A DNA stretch of 64,000 bases from assembly GCA_963847445.1 (NCBI GenBank), contig CAWJZV010000007.1, forward strand, positions 32,001 to 96,000. Reading direction: 5' to 3'. Position 1 is the first letter of the stretch. Each line of letters begins with the position of its first letter. Shown in pieces: positions 20,644-31,597 of this stretch. The stretch is from an uncultured delta proteobacterium. GTDB taxonomy: Bacteria > Desulfobacterota > Binatia > UBA9968. The position numbers were made by a program, and so were the translations under genes. The notes beneath the pieces were generated by a model. That model was not told where the DNA came from and did not search any database. It saw nothing but the letters and a program-made list of their open reading frames with translations.

Positions 20644-20673
20644 TTGACAACATCCGACCCTTTTGGTACTGCT
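20644..20673 (+). promoter_or_regulatory. Putative sigma70 promoter
   Basis: TTGACA-17 nt-TACTGC upstream of the permease; the -10 match is weak. Confidence 0.35.
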
Positions 20674-20730
20674 GCCGACACTAAGCGTCGGTAACAAGAA
20701 CTTAATAGAAACCCCACAAAGGAGACCCTT

Positions 20731-21573
20731 ATGGCTCAAGGTGCGCAAGAAGAACAATTAATGGATATACGCGTCGCCGAAGCGTCGTCTGCGTATAAGT
20801 TTTATCTCAATCAGGAAAAAAAGATCCTCGGCGGTACCGCGGTGATTCTCTTCCTGTTGACTTGGGAGACCATCGGCAACTGGGCGGGGCTGATTAACCC
20901 GATGTTCATGAGCGCGCCGTCGCTGGTGGGAAAGGCGGCCTGGCAGATGTTTGCCTCGGGGGAGATTTACAACGATCTCTATGTTAGCGGCATTGAGTTC
21001 TTCTGGGGCTACCTGCTGTCGGTCATTTTTGCGATCCCATTCGGCATCGCCATCGGCTGGTACAAGCGTTTCGCGTACGTTTGCGATCCCTTTGTCAACG
21101 CCATGAATGCCACACCTCGCGTTGCCTTGTTACCACTGGTCATCATCTGGCTCGGCATCGGCATCTTGTCCAAGGTCGGCATCATCTTTTTGGGCGCGGT
21201 GTTTCCGCTGCTGATCAACACCCGTGACGGCGTCAAAACCACTCCGGCCAACTTGCTCACTGCCGCCAGAAGCTTTGGCGCATCGGAATGGCAGATCTTC
21301 AAATCCGTCGTATTGCCGTCCACCGTGCCGTTCATTCTGACCGGCTTACGCCTTGCCGTCGGCCGCGCACTCATCGGTGTCATGGTCGGCGAGCTTTACG
21401 CCGCAACCGCCGGTATCGGCTTTATGATTACGGTCGCCGGCGCGACCTTCCAAACCGATAAGGTGTTCGTCGGCGTCTTGATTTTCGCCATCAGTGGTAT
21501 GACCCTGACCGAAGTCATCGACCGTTACGAGCGTCGGTTCGACAAGTGGCGTCCCAAAGTTGGTGCTGAATAA
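20731..21573 (+). CDS. ABC transporter permease (SsuC/TauC/NitT family)
   Basis: PRVALLPLVIIWLGIG, AARSFGAS..IFKSVVLPSTVPFILTGLRLA..GE. Confidence 0.9.
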   Translation: MAQGAQEEQLMDIRVAEASSAYKFYLNQEKKILGGTAVILFLLTWETIGNWAGLINPMFMSAPSLVGKAAWQMFASGEIYNDLYVSGIEFFWGYLLSVIFAIPFGIAIGWYKRFAYVCDPFVNAMNATPRVALLPLVIIWLGIGILSKVGIIFLGAVFPLLINTRDGVKTTPANLLTAARSFGASEWQIFKSVVLPSTVPFILTGLRLAVGRALIGVMVGELYAATAGIGFMITVAGATFQTDKVFVGVLIFAISGMTLTEVIDRYERRFDKWRPKVGAE

Positions 21574-21601
21574 GCGATCCGACATTAACCCGCTTTAAAT
21601 T

Positions 21602-21638
21602 AAAATGGCGCTTGGCACTACCAAGCGCCATTTTTTTT
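21602..21638 (+). terminator. Rho-independent terminator
   Basis: AAAATGGCGCTTGG-CACTA-CCAAGCGCCATTTTTTTT. Confidence 0.85.
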
Positions 21639-21753
21639 ACTCGACTGGTTTCTGAGATATTAGAGATACCTCACCAACGGCATTGCCTCGCCGCCGTAAT
21701 TTCTATACGATCCCCGCACTTCTACCAGCTCAGTCAAAATCGATGGAGGCCCG

Positions 21754-24461
21754 ATGCGCAGACTCGGCGGCGTGACAATATTAGTATTCGTTCTTGTTGT
21801 AATGTTCTTTCGCCAGGCGATCGGGCTTTATGTCGACTGGCTGTGGTTCCAGGACGTTGGTTACAGCCCGCTCTTTGGAACGATCTTGACTTATAAGTTC
21901 GCACTTGGCGCCGTTGCCGGCACTCTTCTGGCGTTGCTCATTTATGTCAATCTGAAGATCGCCTCCTCGACATCGGGCGGATTTCGCTACTCCAGCGCGG
22001 AAAACATTATCGAGCTGCCGCCACCGGAGCTGATCGATCCAATTCTCAAGCGGCTGCTTCTCCCCGGCGCCCTGCTGGTCGGCCTGATGGCTGCACCCCA
22101 AGGGGCGGCCCATTGGGAACAATTCTCGCTGTTTGTCAATTCGGTATCGTTCAATTTGCAAGATCCCCAGTTCGGCCGCGATGTTGGTTTTTATGTGTTT
22201 GTTTTGCCCTGGCTGCGCATTGTCTATCACTGGGCGATTTTCGCCATCGGTGTCACCGCCGTTGCCAGCGCCGCTGTCTACCTGGTCTATCGTGGCATTG
22301 AGTACACTGCACGCGGCCTTTTTCTCGGCGAACGCGCGCGCAGCCATCTGCTGATCCTGTTGGGCGTGTTTCTGTTGATCAAAGCCTGCGGCTACTATCT
22401 CGAGGCTTTCGATCTGTTGCATTCGCCGCGCGGCGTTTCCTTCGGCGCGAGCTATGCAGACATCTATGGCACTCTCCCGGCGCTCCGCGTGCTGACGTTT
22501 CTGGCGCTCATTGCCGCGGCGCTCTGCTTTGCGCAGATCGCCCGCACCGGTTATAAGTTCGTCTTCCTCGGCGTCGGCGCCTTGGTGGCGGTCCACTTAT
22601 TGGGTCTCAATGCCTATCCGGCGCTGCTGCAGCGCTTCCGTGTCACGCCCAATGAAATCGAGGCGGAACGTTCGTTTATCGAGCGCACCATCAAATTCAC
22701 CCGGCTCGCCTTCGGCCTGGATAAAATTGAAACCAAGGAGTTTCCCGCTGAGGAGCAGTTAACCGCCGCCGACCTGAAGCGCAATGAATCGACCATCAAT
22801 AATATCCGCCTCTGGGATCATCGGCCGCTCCTGACCAGCTACGCCCAGCTCCAGGAGATCCGGCCTTATTACAAGTTCATCGATGTCGACAATGACCGCT
22901 ATATCATCGACGGCACCTACCGCCAGGTGATGTTGTCCGCCCGCGAGCTGTCACATCGCCATTTGCAAAGTCAAAACTGGATCAACGAGCATCTGACATT
23001 CACCCATGGCCATGGCGTGGTCTTTGGACCGGTGAATCAGGTGACCTCCAGTGGTCAGCCCGAGTTTTTCATCAAAGATATTCCGCCGCTGACGACCACT
23101 TCGCTGCAAGATCACCCGCCCCGAGATCTACTACGGCGAGCTCGCCAATGAATATGTTTTAGTGCGGACCAAGTCGCAGGAATTGGACTATCCTGCCGGC
23201 GATCAGAATATTTACACGACCTATCAAGGCAAGGGCGGCGTGCCGATCGGCAGCTTCTGGCGCAAGTTGGTTTTCGCGGCGCACCACGCGTCGATGCGAA
23301 TCTTGTTATCGCAGGATCTCACCAGCGAAAGCCGGATACTTTTCCATCAGAAGATTCAGGAGCGGGTAAAGAAAATCGCGCCGTTTATTACCTTCGACCC
23401 TGACGCCTATATCGTCATCGCCCAAGGCGGCAGGTTATTCTGGATCATTGACGGCTATACCAATTCGGCCCGTTTTCCCTATTCCGCACCGCTGAGCCGG
23501 CAAGGGATGAATTATATTCGCAACTCGGTCAAGGCGGTGGTCGACGCTTACAACGGCACGGTGGAATTTTATCTGAGCGATCCAGCGGATCCGATCATTC
23601 AGTCCTTCGCCAAGATCTTTCCGCAAGTGTTTAAACCCCTCGAAACCATGCCCGAGGATCTGCGCGCCCATGTGCGTTATCCCCAGGATCTCTTCACGAT
23701 CCAGGCCCATGTCTACGCCACCTACCATATGCAGGACCCTCAGGTGTTTTTTAACAAGGAGGATCTCCTGAGCATCCCGCGGCGCACCATGGAGGGCCGC
23801 GAGCGCGAAATGGAGCCCTACTACACGATCATGCGCCTGCCGGGGGAGGAGAAGGAAGAATTCATCCTGCTCTTACCGTTCACGCCGAATAAACGCGACA
23901 ACATGCGCTCCTGGCTGGCGGCGCGCAGCGATGGCAAAAATTACGGCAAGTTAACCGCGCTGGAATTTCCCAAAGCGAAATTGGTCTATGGCCCCAAACA
24001 GATCGATGCGCGCATCGACCAAGATACCATCATCTCCCAACAACTGACGCTGTGGAGCCAGCGCGGCTCGCAGGTGCTCCGCGGCAGCCTTGCTCGCCAT
24101 CCCCATCGAAAAGTCGTTGCTCTACGTGCAGCCGCTCTATCTGGCCGCGGAGCAAGGCTCATTGCCGGAATTGAAGCGGGTGATTGGTCGCCTTCGGCAA
24201 CCGCATCGCCATGGAAGAAACGCTCGACCAAGCCCTGCAGCGCATCTTTGGCGCCAAGCCGGCGGCGGACGCCAGCGCACCAGCCCGCCAGTGCCGCGGC
24301 AGTGGCCACGCCCGTCAAAGGCGATCACATCGTTGGCCCGCCAGGCGTTGGATCATTTCCAGCGCTCCCAGGAACTACTCAAGCAAGGCAACTGGGCCGG
24401 CTACGGCGAAGAGCTGAAAAAAGTCGAGGACCTGCTCAAGGAAATGCAAAAGAGCCGTTAG
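21754..24461 (+). CDS. UPF0182 family membrane protein (several frameshifts)
   Basis: YVDWLWFQDVGY, DPQFGRDVGFYVF, NIRLWDHRP, QLQEIRPYYKF, NYIRNSVKAVVDAYNG, YGPKQIDARIDQD, LLYVQPLYL across ORFs 21754, 23162, 24090 and 24184. Confidence 0.92.
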
Positions 24462-26491
24462 AACGCGGCAACATGCGAGCAACGACCAGCGCAGCGTTCA
24501 CCGATTGTGCGGATTAGCATGATAGCGGCCACTGACGAGCAGTCTTCGGCGCTGCGCAGGATCGCTAAGCCGTCGTCGGATTCGCTGCTGCCTGCGTCGG
24601 CGCTCATCGCTATCTCTGCCCATGGCTTGCCATGGCCAGCGCGCTCATACGCCAGCCGGTCGCCGGATTCGCGCAGGACAATCAGCTCTCGGTCCGTGAC
24701 GATGCCGTAGCGCTTCTTGTTGTAAATCACCATGGCGACTGGATCTTCGGCTTGCGGCTTGAGCACATCGCGGCCGAAAAATGCGCTGCGATATGCGCCG
24801 CCGACGATGCCCATGATGGTCGGCGGTAAATCCATCTGACTGGTTACGCGGCAATACGCGCCGGCAGCGACATGTTTCGGCGCGAGGAACAGCGCCGGGA
24901 CGATGTACTCGTCGATGGGAATAAGTTCGTTGCCGCGCAAGTGCACGCCGTGATCGCCGACAAAGACAAATAACGTATCGTCGAAGTACGGCGCCTGGCG
25001 CGCCGCGCGAATGAATTGACCGATGCAGTAGTCGGCGTAGAGAAAGTTATTGAGCTCATTGAGCTCAAAGCCGGGCGGCAGCTTGGTATCGGCGGCCAGT
25101 GGGTTGATTTTCCCCGCCGGGAATTGCCAGGGCGAGTGCAGCGATACTGTCAGTAGGGTGGCAAAAAACGGTTGGCGCGCTTCGTGGTAGCGACGAAATT
25201 CGCTATCGGCTCGGGCAAATAAATCTTCATCCGACACACCCCAGGGACTTTTGTAGAGCGGCGCAGAGAAATCTTTTTCTTCGATGAAACGGTCAAAGCC
25301 GTTACCGAGAAAGAATGCCAGCATGTGATCGAAAATCCCCTGGCCGCCGTAGAGAAAACTCGTCGCATAACCGCGCCCACGCAGCACACTCGCCAAGGTA
25401 AAAAAGTTTTGCCGTGCCTGCGGCCGCTTGACCACCCCTTCGCCAGGAAGCGGCGGGAACGAACAGACCGCGGCTTCCAGTCCTTGGATGGTTCGCTCTC
25501 CAGTGGCGTAGCAGCGTTCCAGCAATAAGCCCTCTCGCGCAAGCTTGTCGAGTTCCGGCGAAAGCGCCGGCACTCCGCCAAGACATCCGGTCAACCGTCC
25601 GGTAAAACTCTCCATCACGACTAACACCACGTTGAGCGGCGCGTCCTTCGCCGCATTGGTAATTCGCCGCACCAGAGGATTAGGCCCATCGTCGGCGAAT
25701 TGACCGTCCTGGGCTAAAACTCTGCGCGAACGCGCTATCGCTTCATCGGCCGCTGGCAGTTGGGTCACGCTCTTGAGCGTGGCAAATTCATTTTTAGCGC
25801 GCTGACTCCATTCGTAGAGCAGATTGAAAATCCCGCAACAGGCGATCTCGTTGGCGATCCGATTGGTCGTAAACGACGCCAGACTCGGATTGAGCGGCCG
25901 GTGGTCGAAGGTGCCGCGGCTGGCGAAACCGACGAATAGCAGCCAGAACAATGTCATTGCGCGATCCGACAACCACAGGTAATCGCTTCTGACTGGGTTG
26001 CCCGGCGCCAGTGGAGCGATAAACTGCACCGCAATCACGGCCAACCAAGCGCCGATCACGCTTAGCAAGAAAATGCGAACGAGCGGATAGGCTTTGGCGA
26101 CGGTCTTGAGCACCTCGCGATCGGCGCCATGTTCGAATACCAGATAGTTGGGCCGGAAATCATAGAAGCGAAAGAAGAAAATACCGGCGATCTCGGCAAA
26201 AAATATCGTGAAGTAAAGAACGCTGAGGTAGAGCCCAAAGAAAAACTGACTTGAAATGAGGAAATCACCAGGCAACGTCAGCGCGGCAACCACCAGCGGC
26301 AGGCAGCCTCGGCTGACGATCACGGCGTCCAAACGGAAACCGATCCAAAATAGTTTTAACTTTTGCCGGCCGGTCAGCTCTTTCACGTCGGCGCGCCGTT
26401 CCCAATAGAGCCACAGGCGAAACCCCGTCAAAATGAGCGCGGCAACAAGGCAAATGGCGACGGCTAACGTCGTGCGCGGCAGTTCAAACAT
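24458..26491 (-). CDS. LTA synthase (LtaS)-like / sulfatase-fold membrane phosphotransferase
   Basis: About five N-terminal TM segments; NVVLVVMESF, ATGERTIQG (candidate catalytic Thr), WGVSDE, TVSLHSP, FVGDHG. Confidence 0.88.
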   Translation of the reverse strand: MFELPRTTLAVAICLVAALILTGFRLWLYWERRADVKELTGRQKLKLFWIGFRLDAVIVSRGCLPLVVAALTLPGDFLISSQFFFGLYLSVLYFTIFFAEIAGIFFFRFYDFRPNYLVFEHGADREVLKTVAKAYPLVRIFLLSVIGAWLAVIAVQFIAPLAPGNPVRSDYLWLSDRAMTLFWLLFVGFASRGTFDHRPLNPSLASFTTNRIANEIACCGIFNLLYEWSQRAKNEFATLKSVTQLPAADEAIARSRRVLAQDGQFADDGPNPLVRRITNAAKDAPLNVVLVVMESFTGRLTGCLGGVPALSPELDKLAREGLLLERCYATGERTIQGLEAAVCSFPPLPGEGVVKRPQARQNFFTLASVLRGRGYATSFLYGGQGIFDHMLAFFLGNGFDRFIEEKDFSAPLYKSPWGVSDEDLFARADSEFRRYHEARQPFFATLLTVSLHSPWQFPAGKINPLAADTKLPPGFELNELNNFLYADYCIGQFIRAARQAPYFDDTLFVFVGDHGVHLRGNELIPIDEYIVPALFLAPKHVAAGAYCRVTSQMDLPPTIMGIVGGAYRSAFFGRDVLKPQAEDPVAMVIYNKKRYGIVTDRELIVLRESGDRLAYERAGHGKPWAEIAMSADAGSSESDDGLAILRSAEDCSSVAAIMLIRTIGERCAGRCSHVAAF

Positions 26492-26515
26492 TGGCTGGTG
26501 CGGGCTCCGAGCTAA

Positions 26516-27916
26516 TTACAGTCCAAACAGCGAGAAAAACAATCGCGCCCGCTCGGCGATCGTAGAGAGGCGCGATGACATTCCAAAAATTGATGACGGC
26601 GAAAAATGTCCAGACGCAGGCGATGCGGCGCAGAATGCATAACTGACTCGCTGGGTCCGATTATGCGCCGCTGGCGGCCGGCTGCGTTGGCGCTGCTGGC
26701 GCAGCATGGAGATCGCGATGCCGGCGGTAAGCAACGCGCAATAGATCAATCGCGCACCGAGCAGCGACCAGAGTCCATTCCAGTCGCCGACAACCAACTG
26801 CTCTTTGTGCTGCAACAGGTGATAGTACATGTTGCCGACGAAGGCCGCGGCAAAAATCGCGGCGACTAGCCGCAACATCGGCAAGTTATGAAAGTAGCGC
26901 GCGTAGGTCGGCAGAAAGAAGCACTCCATCATCAACTCTTTGAAATAGTAATAATAGCGGTTCCAGAACTCTACGACAGTTTGCGCCAGCAGCGGCTTGT
27001 AGGTATTGCGAAAAATATTGAAGCCAAACAGCCGGATCACGCCGACCCAGACATGCCCCTTGGCCGCCAGCGAAAGCGTCTCCCAGACCAGCTCCAGATA
27101 AAGGCTGAGCCATATTTGCACCAGCGGGAACGCCATTTGCCGGCCGAGGATTTGCTTCACCCGCGGCAAACCGAAAGTGTAATCATGAAACAGCGCGCTA
27201 AAAGGACTTTTCGGATCGCCGTATATCAGAGCCGCGATCAGTTCCAAAACTAGCTTCCAGAGTGCCACCAGGAACAAGAGTTTAAAGCCACCGAGTATGG
27301 TCCGCGCATAGCTGTCCGGCGTTTGCGCCACGGCGCGCGACAAATAATCATGGCCCTTTCCAGGCGGCGTATTAGTGCCATCCCAAATGGGCCAAATATA
27401 AAATAAGTGATCGCGAAACCGGCTGTTTTGCGCCTTGCCGCGCTGACCCGACAAAAGCATATAGCCCGCACGCCAGATCAAGTAGGGAAACGACAACAAA
27501 ATTACCGATAGAACCGCGACGACAAATCCATCACTGGGCAGGAAAAACCACAGCAACGCCAGCAGCAGCCAGAAAATTAAATGAAAACAGATCTGCGGCC
27601 GGCGGCGCACCATCGGCGGCAACTGCTTGAAACGAACCGTGGCGCGGTAAAGTACGAAAAGAAGTCCAAGCAGGATAAGAAACGCCAGGCCATGCTCCAA
27701 CCACGGCGTCAGTGCGCGATAATCGCGCCACTTCGCGTTGCGGCTGAAGACCCCAACCGCCCCGGCGATTATCGCGCCGTAAAAAAGCACCGACTTGCGC
27801 CGTTCCGGCGTCAGCCAAATCACCCAGGGTTGGCCGCTCAGCCAGGCGATCAACCGGTCGTTTTCATGGAACTGCGAAACACTTCGGTAAGCCTTACTCA
27901 GGGTGATGAGATTCAT
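26516..27916 (-). CDS. Divergent MBOAT-like membrane-bound acyltransferase
   Basis: Polytopic; RLFGFNIFRNTYKPLLAQTVVEFWNRYYYYF aligns by eye with the MBOAT 'G..xENFxxP..S.S..EFWxRWH' motif; candidate catalytic His in GNMYYH. Confidence 0.7.
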   Translation of the reverse strand: MNLITLSKAYRSVSQFHENDRLIAWLSGQPWVIWLTPERRKSVLFYGAIIAGAVGVFSRNAKWRDYRALTPWLEHGLAFLILLGLLFVLYRATVRFKQLPPMVRRRPQICFHLIFWLLLALLWFFLPSDGFVVAVLSVILLSFPYLIWRAGYMLLSGQRGKAQNSRFRDHLFYIWPIWDGTNTPPGKGHDYLSRAVAQTPDSYARTILGGFKLLFLVALWKLVLELIAALIYGDPKSPFSALFHDYTFGLPRVKQILGRQMAFPLVQIWLSLYLELVWETLSLAAKGHVWVGVIRLFGFNIFRNTYKPLLAQTVVEFWNRYYYYFKELMMECFFLPTYARYFHNLPMLRLVAAIFAAAFVGNMYYHLLQHKEQLVVGDWNGLWSLLGARLIYCALLTAGIAISMLRQQRQRSRPPAAHNRTQRVSYAFCAASPASGHFSPSSIFGMSSRLSTIAERARLFFSLFGL

Positions 27917-28173
27917 GACGCCGCTTCGCGGGCAATTAAATCGAGGATGGAATTGACCGAGCGCAAATCCTCCGGGTCGATGCCGCGCTCGCTGAAGTCG
28001 ATGCCATGGACCTGCTCTAAGTAGGTGACGATCTGCAGCAACGCCAACGAATCGATCAAACCAGACTCGACCAAGCCGGACTCTTCGTCAATGGCCGCGT
28101 GCGAGTAATCTGGTCTTTGGATCGTCCGTAAAAAGTCGATCAGCTCCTGTCGGCTTCGTTCGCGGTCCGTCAT
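27913..28173 (-). CDS. Acyl/aminoacyl carrier protein (DltC-like)
   Basis: 86 aa, acidic; LVESGLIDSLALLQIVTYLE phosphopantetheine Ser motif. Confidence 0.88.
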   Translation of the reverse strand: MTDRERSRQELIDFLRTIQRPDYSHAAIDEESGLVESGLIDSLALLQIVTYLEQVHGIDFSERGIDPEDLRSVNSILDLIAREAAS

Positions 28174-28224
28174 CGTAAACTTCCAAGTATTAGTTTTGTT
28201 AAAACAGCGGCGTCGCTGCCGGCG

Positions 28225-29760
28225 TCACGACCCTCGCCGTAACAGTCCGACCAAGTCCACAGGTTTCAATGTCGCACACAGTTCCTGCACCCTCGCACGG
28301 CTCACCTTGCCGCGCGAGTTTTGCGGCAGCTCGTCGACGACATACCAGCGCTGGGGGATTTTAAATTCCGCCAAATGCTCTTTGAGCCAGCCATGGAGCT
28401 GGCGCAGCGTCGCGTCATCCTGACGGCTCAATACCACCGCCATGGCGACATTCTGACCGTAGGCCGGATCGGCGATGGCAAAAGTACATACCGCAGTGGC
28501 GGGCTCGAACCGTTCGACCACCGCGTCGACATCGGCGGGATAGACTTTGGCGCCGCCTTTATTGATTTCGTCCCGCTCGCGCCCCTTGAGATAGAATCTG
28601 CCGCGATCGTCGATGAGCCCCATGTCCCCGGTGACGAACCAGCCGCCCGAAATCACCTGATCGGTGAGTTCGGGCTGGCCGTAATAGCCTTGCATCAGCG
28701 CCGGCGTGTTGATCCAGACATAGCCCGTCTCAGCGACTTTGCACTCGGCGCCGGCGGCAAACGGAGTCTGCGGTTCGGCGTTTTTGAGAATCTTGATCAC
28801 CGCACCCCAAGGCACACCGACTAGGCCATCTTCCGGTTCGAAGTCTTCAATGCTTGTGCCGGCCACCCAACTGCCGGTTTCAGTAATGCCGTAGGCGTTA
28901 TACACCGCGCGAATTCCCGACCATTGTTGAATCTGACCCCATAGGTGCGCTGACAAGGGCGCCGAGCCGCAATGAATACGCTGGAGGGTTTTGCCCTGCG
29001 GCGGCTTACTGCCCTTCAAGCTCAACCCCCACATGGATGGCACGGAGGAGAGAAACGTAATCTTCTGCTCATCGACGATCGGGCCAAGGCGCATTAACAA
29101 ATAAGGGCTGAATGGCGGCGCGATGATCAAATCCTGGCCGAAGAGCCAGGGAAATAAACTGTTGCAGATCAAGCCATGACCGAAATGGGTCGGCAACAAG
29201 CATAGCGTGCGGCGAAAGCAATCAATACCGAGACTCTGGCGCAAAGATAGCCAACGCGCGCGCAATGAGCGATGGGTGTGAACCACGCCTTTGGGCACTC
29301 CGGTGGTGCCGGAGGTAAACAGAATCAAGGCTTCATCGTCGAGACGCGCGGCGCAAAATGCCCTGGCCGACGGTACCGATGGTACCGCGTCCGCCGCCAA
29401 GTCGCTGGAGCCGAGCAGCTCAACTCCAAGCGCAACCAGCACGTCACCAAGAGCCGTGGGCACCGTCGCATCGGTGAGCGCGATCTTTGGCGTCACCGTC
29501 CGCGCTAGGTTTTCGACTTCAAAGGGCGTCAACCGGTTGTCCACCGGCACAACGCTCGCGCCGACATTCCACGCGGCCAGCAGGTCGACAAAGAATTCGA
29601 GATTATTGCCGTAAAGTATGAACAGGCGATCGCCACGCTGTAACCCATGGGCGCGCAGCCCGGCGGCGCCGGCCGCCACGCGCATGGCGATCTCCCGGCT
29701 GCTCCAGCTGCGGCCCGACTCCAGCTCGCTCAGAGCACCGCATGTCAAATCGGCAAACAT
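28225..29760 (-). CDS. ANL-superfamily acyl-CoA/acyl-ACP ligase (AMP-binding)
   Basis: ILFTSGTTGVPKGV, NAYGITET, TGDMG, LKGR, LPQNSRGKV. Confidence 0.92.
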   Translation of the reverse strand: MFADLTCGALSELESGRSWSSREIAMRVAAGAAGLRAHGLQRGDRLFILYGNNLEFFVDLLAAWNVGASVVPVDNRLTPFEVENLARTVTPKIALTDATVPTALGDVLVALGVELLGSSDLAADAVPSVPSARAFCAARLDDEALILFTSGTTGVPKGVVHTHRSLRARWLSLRQSLGIDCFRRTLCLLPTHFGHGLICNSLFPWLFGQDLIIAPPFSPYLLMRLGPIVDEQKITFLSSVPSMWGLSLKGSKPPQGKTLQRIHCGSAPLSAHLWGQIQQWSGIRAVYNAYGITETGSWVAGTSIEDFEPEDGLVGVPWGAVIKILKNAEPQTPFAAGAECKVAETGYVWINTPALMQGYYGQPELTDQVISGGWFVTGDMGLIDDRGRFYLKGRERDEINKGGAKVYPADVDAVVERFEPATAVCTFAIADPAYGQNVAMAVVLSRQDDATLRQLHGWLKEHLAEFKIPQRWYVVDELPQNSRGKVSRARVQELCATLKPVDLVGLLRRGS

Positions 29761-29899
29761 GAAGAATAAATATTTCTGAATACTAAACTATTTAGTAGCA
29801 ACCCCGTCCAAACCAAGCAAGGCGAATCGCTCCGATAATGGCATGCTCGGCGCAATGCGGCTCTCGTCTTTGCAATCAATAGTTGCTATAAAGCGCCGG

Positions 29900-30632
29900 A
29901 TGATGGATCAGCGCCGCCGGCTCGTCATACGCGGGGCCATCTTCATCGGCCTCATGTTGCTGCTGTTTTTTTTCAGCCGCTACATTCCGCGGCCGTTTAG
30001 CGCCTTCGCGCCTCCCGGCGCCGAGCTCGACGATTTCGAAGGCATCTATTCCAGCAGCGATAAGCTCGGCAAGTTTCTCCAACAGCTTGGGCCCCTATTC
30101 GCCGGCGGTCTTCGTGGTGTTTCAGATTCTCCAAGTGATCGCCGCGCCCTTTCCCGGCGAGCTTACCGGCGTCGCCGGCGGTTTTGTCTACGGCGAGACC
30201 ATCGGATTTATTCTCTCCACCCTCGGCCTGTCCATCGGCTCTTGGGTGGCCTTTGAGCTCGCGAGTATCCTCGGCCGGCCCTTCGTCGAACGCTTCGTCA
30301 AGCGCGAGGTCTTGGAAAAATTCAATTTCCTCACCACCAAGACCGGCGTGGCGATCTGTTTCGTGCTGTTTCTGTTTCCCGGCTTTCCCAAAGATTACCT
30401 TTGCTACGTGCTCGGCTTGAGCCGTATGAGCGTCACTACCTTCCTATTGGTATCCGTCATCGGCCGCATACCCGGCACGTATCTTCTCACCATGCAGGGC
30501 GCAACGATTCGCAATCAGGAGTATCGCACTTTCGCGATCTTTATGGCGGTCACCTTGCTCGCCCTCGTGGTCGGTTATATCTATCGCAATCAAATCTTCG
30601 CTTGGATCAAGCACCGCCACGATCATGACTAG
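29900..30632 (+). CDS. TVP38/TMEM64 (VTT/DedA superfamily) membrane protein, frameshifted near 30090
   Basis: QILQVIAAPFPGE..GGFVYG, FLFPGFPKDYLCYVLGLSRM, GRIPGT. Confidence 0.88.
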
Positions 30633-30679
30633 AGACCGGCTAGTCATGGCGCTCGCACTTCGCGCTGAATAGCGAATGC

Positions 30680-31507
30680 TTACAGCCCCGAGCCGCGCGT
30701 GAGGTAATAGAAGATCGGCGCAACGACAATGCGGTACCAGGCGAACGGCGCAAGTTTGCCGTGGCTTAGGTAGCTGACAAATCCTTTGATCGCCAGTAAC
30801 GCCACGGCGAATGAAACCACCAAGCCGATCATCAGGGTGACGGCATCGTCGAGTACAAATTGGTCGCGCATTTTGAGCAGCTCGTAGCCGGACGCCGCGC
30901 ACAATACCGGGACTGCGATCAAAAACGAGAATTCCGCCGCCGCCTTGCGCTCGAGTCCGAGTATCATACCGCCGACGATGGTCGCCGCCGCTCGTGATGT
31001 GCCGGGCCAGAGCGCCAAGATTTGAAATAACCCGACGCCCAACGCCTGCACCACCGTCACCGCGTCCAAAGCGTTGGCACGGCGGCGCGCGGCGAACCGC
31101 TCGACGAGTAGAATCGCCACACCACCCACCGCCAACGCCAGCGGTGACGGCTTCCGGATTGAAAAGTTTTTCCTTGATCCCATGGCGCGCCAGGTAGCCG
31201 ATCGCCAACGCCGGCAGCGTCGCCAGAGCGATACGCCAGAGACCCGGCCAACCATTTAAGCTCGATGCAGCCGTCGCTGTGAATTGCCTCGTACCAGGCA
31301 CCAATCCCACAAATCGCCGCCAGTAGAGCCAAATCACGGATAGGATCGCACCCAACTGAATCGCCACTTCGAAGCTCGCGGCCTTGTCGCCGACGAAGCC
31401 GAGCAAATGATCCGACGATGATCAGATGGCCGGTGGAGGACACGGGTAAGAACTCGGTGAGGCCCTCGACGACCCCCAACACGGCGGCGATGACGAAAAC
31501 TATTCAT
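30680..31507 (-). CDS. uppP: Undecaprenyl-diphosphate phosphatase (frameshifted)
   Basis: [59 protein letters not shown]. Confidence 0.92.
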
Positions 31508-31597
31508 GCAGTTCCTTCCGATTGAAAGTCATGCTGCGTCGCCGCCGGTACCGCCCGATCGGCGCGCGCCAGAGCGCAAAGATTCAGCGAATTAGCG

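Noticed and set aside
20503-20730. RiPP precursor peptide for the radical SAM operon
   Set aside because: No convincing short ORF with a ribosome-binding site was seen here, and the rSAM shows no evident SPASM or RRE region.
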